From the NCBI GenBank assembly GCA_013239625.1, contig MU054323.1, positions 744,001 to 808,000 on the forward strand: a stretch of 64,000 bases of DNA, read 5' to 3'. Numbering within the stretch: position 1 is the stretch's first letter; each line of letters begins with the position of its first letter. This document shows, piece after piece, positions 62,831 through 64,000 of this stretch. Source of the DNA: Lama guanicoe. Taxonomy: Eukaryota. Under the pieces are notes generated by a model, which was not told where the DNA came from, searched no databases, and saw nothing but the letters and a program-made list of their open reading frames with translations. Both the position numbers and the translations under genes were made by a program.

Positions 62831-64000
62831 CCAATGGGGTTAACACCTCATCTCAACGCGGTTACATTAAAAAACAGAAACAAGGAAAGAAAGGGCGAGG
62901 CGTGTAGAACAGCCAATTAGTGGAAAGAAACAGAGGCTCTAGGAACAGATGACATCTTCCTTCAAAAGGCGGAGGAAGGGAGGGAACTCTCCAGGCAGGG
63001 AATCTGATGGCAAGGTGCTGAATAAGCAGGACGAGGAGTCTGGTCCCCAGCCCTCCTTGGGAGAGCCCCCCGGTGGCAGCCAGCACCACCGGTAAATGAC
63101 TTCCTGGCCTTGGTGTTGATACAGCACCACTCGTGGGAGGAGGAAGTGGGGTGGGCTGGGGAGGGGACCGAGGCGGGGAGAGCCCAAGATGGGAGAGTCA
63201 TCAGGGTGGGTGGAAGGGATGATGTCTTGGGAACCCAGTTCCCATGTCATAGAGGGAGGGACCCGTTGGGCAGGCTGGCGAGCGACTCTGCCAAAAGTCC
63301 CCACCTGGAACGGTCAGTGCACGTGCTCCCAGGGACCCTGGGTTCTGGGGATGCTGTGCGATTTCAGCCTCACGAAGACCTGGGGAGCAGGGCAGGGCAG
63401 GGACCAGCCCTCACTCACCATTTCATAGATGGAGAGACTAGAGCCAAAGTAAGCATAGTCATGAAATAATAGTAGTAATAATAATAATGTCAACCACCGT
63501 TTGTTGGAGCCTATCAGGAAACAAAACGGATGCTTTCCGCAGGTTGCTCAGTAATAACACCAACTCTATGAGGGCCAAACTACTATTCCTAATTTGTAGC
63601 TGAGATAAGCTCAGTGAGGCCCTAAAGGTCAGCCAGTTGGCTGGGAGGAAGGATCTGAACTGCTATCGAGCTGACACCCTGGCCCACGGTCTCACCTCTG
63701 AGCCACACACGCCGTGAGACGGTGTCAGGCTCTCCCCGTGACTGCGCGACGGTGCTCACCCGCAGCCACCTTTGGGCTGTTAAAGCACGAACGTGCAGGC
63801 CTTTCCTTGTGGAGATGATCCACACTCCAGCCACACTAAATGCGCGGGCGTGGTCACATACAATTAAGGGGTCGTGTGATTTATCATCCAAACTTGGGTA
63901 CTTCTCAGAGTGAAGAGGGGCCTATTAATAATGCCACTGGGACAACAGGCATCGACCAGGCCTGTCCCAGGCACACGGGGACCTAGGGCCGCCCTACTAT

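Overview
Mammalian genomic DNA, most likely camelid (Vic-1-type tRNA-derived SINE and camelid-type L1 3' ends; no Alu, Bov-A/B or PRE-1 recognised). The window carries most of CYRIA (FAM49A, CYFIP-related Rac1 interactor A) on the minus strand. I mapped ten coding exons by hand between 30539 and 6872. All have GT-AG boundaries with consistent phases and sum to 972 nt (323 aa + TAA). There is also a probable non-coding 5' exon at 59258-59412 and a ~3.25 kb 3' UTR ending near an ATTAAA at 3638-3643. The first exon and promoter appear to lie beyond the right edge. The rest is intron and downstream flank with MIR, L2, L1, hAT-MITE and simple repeats; repeat boundaries are approximate unless a target-site duplication (TSD) is given. 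I found no convincing undescribed gene system, and the supplied long ORFs are explained by exon overlap, L1 or chance. The best second-look items are a 13-nt perfect miR-15b-5p complementary site in the 3' UTR, a twin-primed 5'-inverted L1 with intact TSD, an intronic CpG-dense patch, a cluster of sense-strand splice donors behind a long pyrimidine tract, and a G4-competent 10-mer array near the first coding exon.
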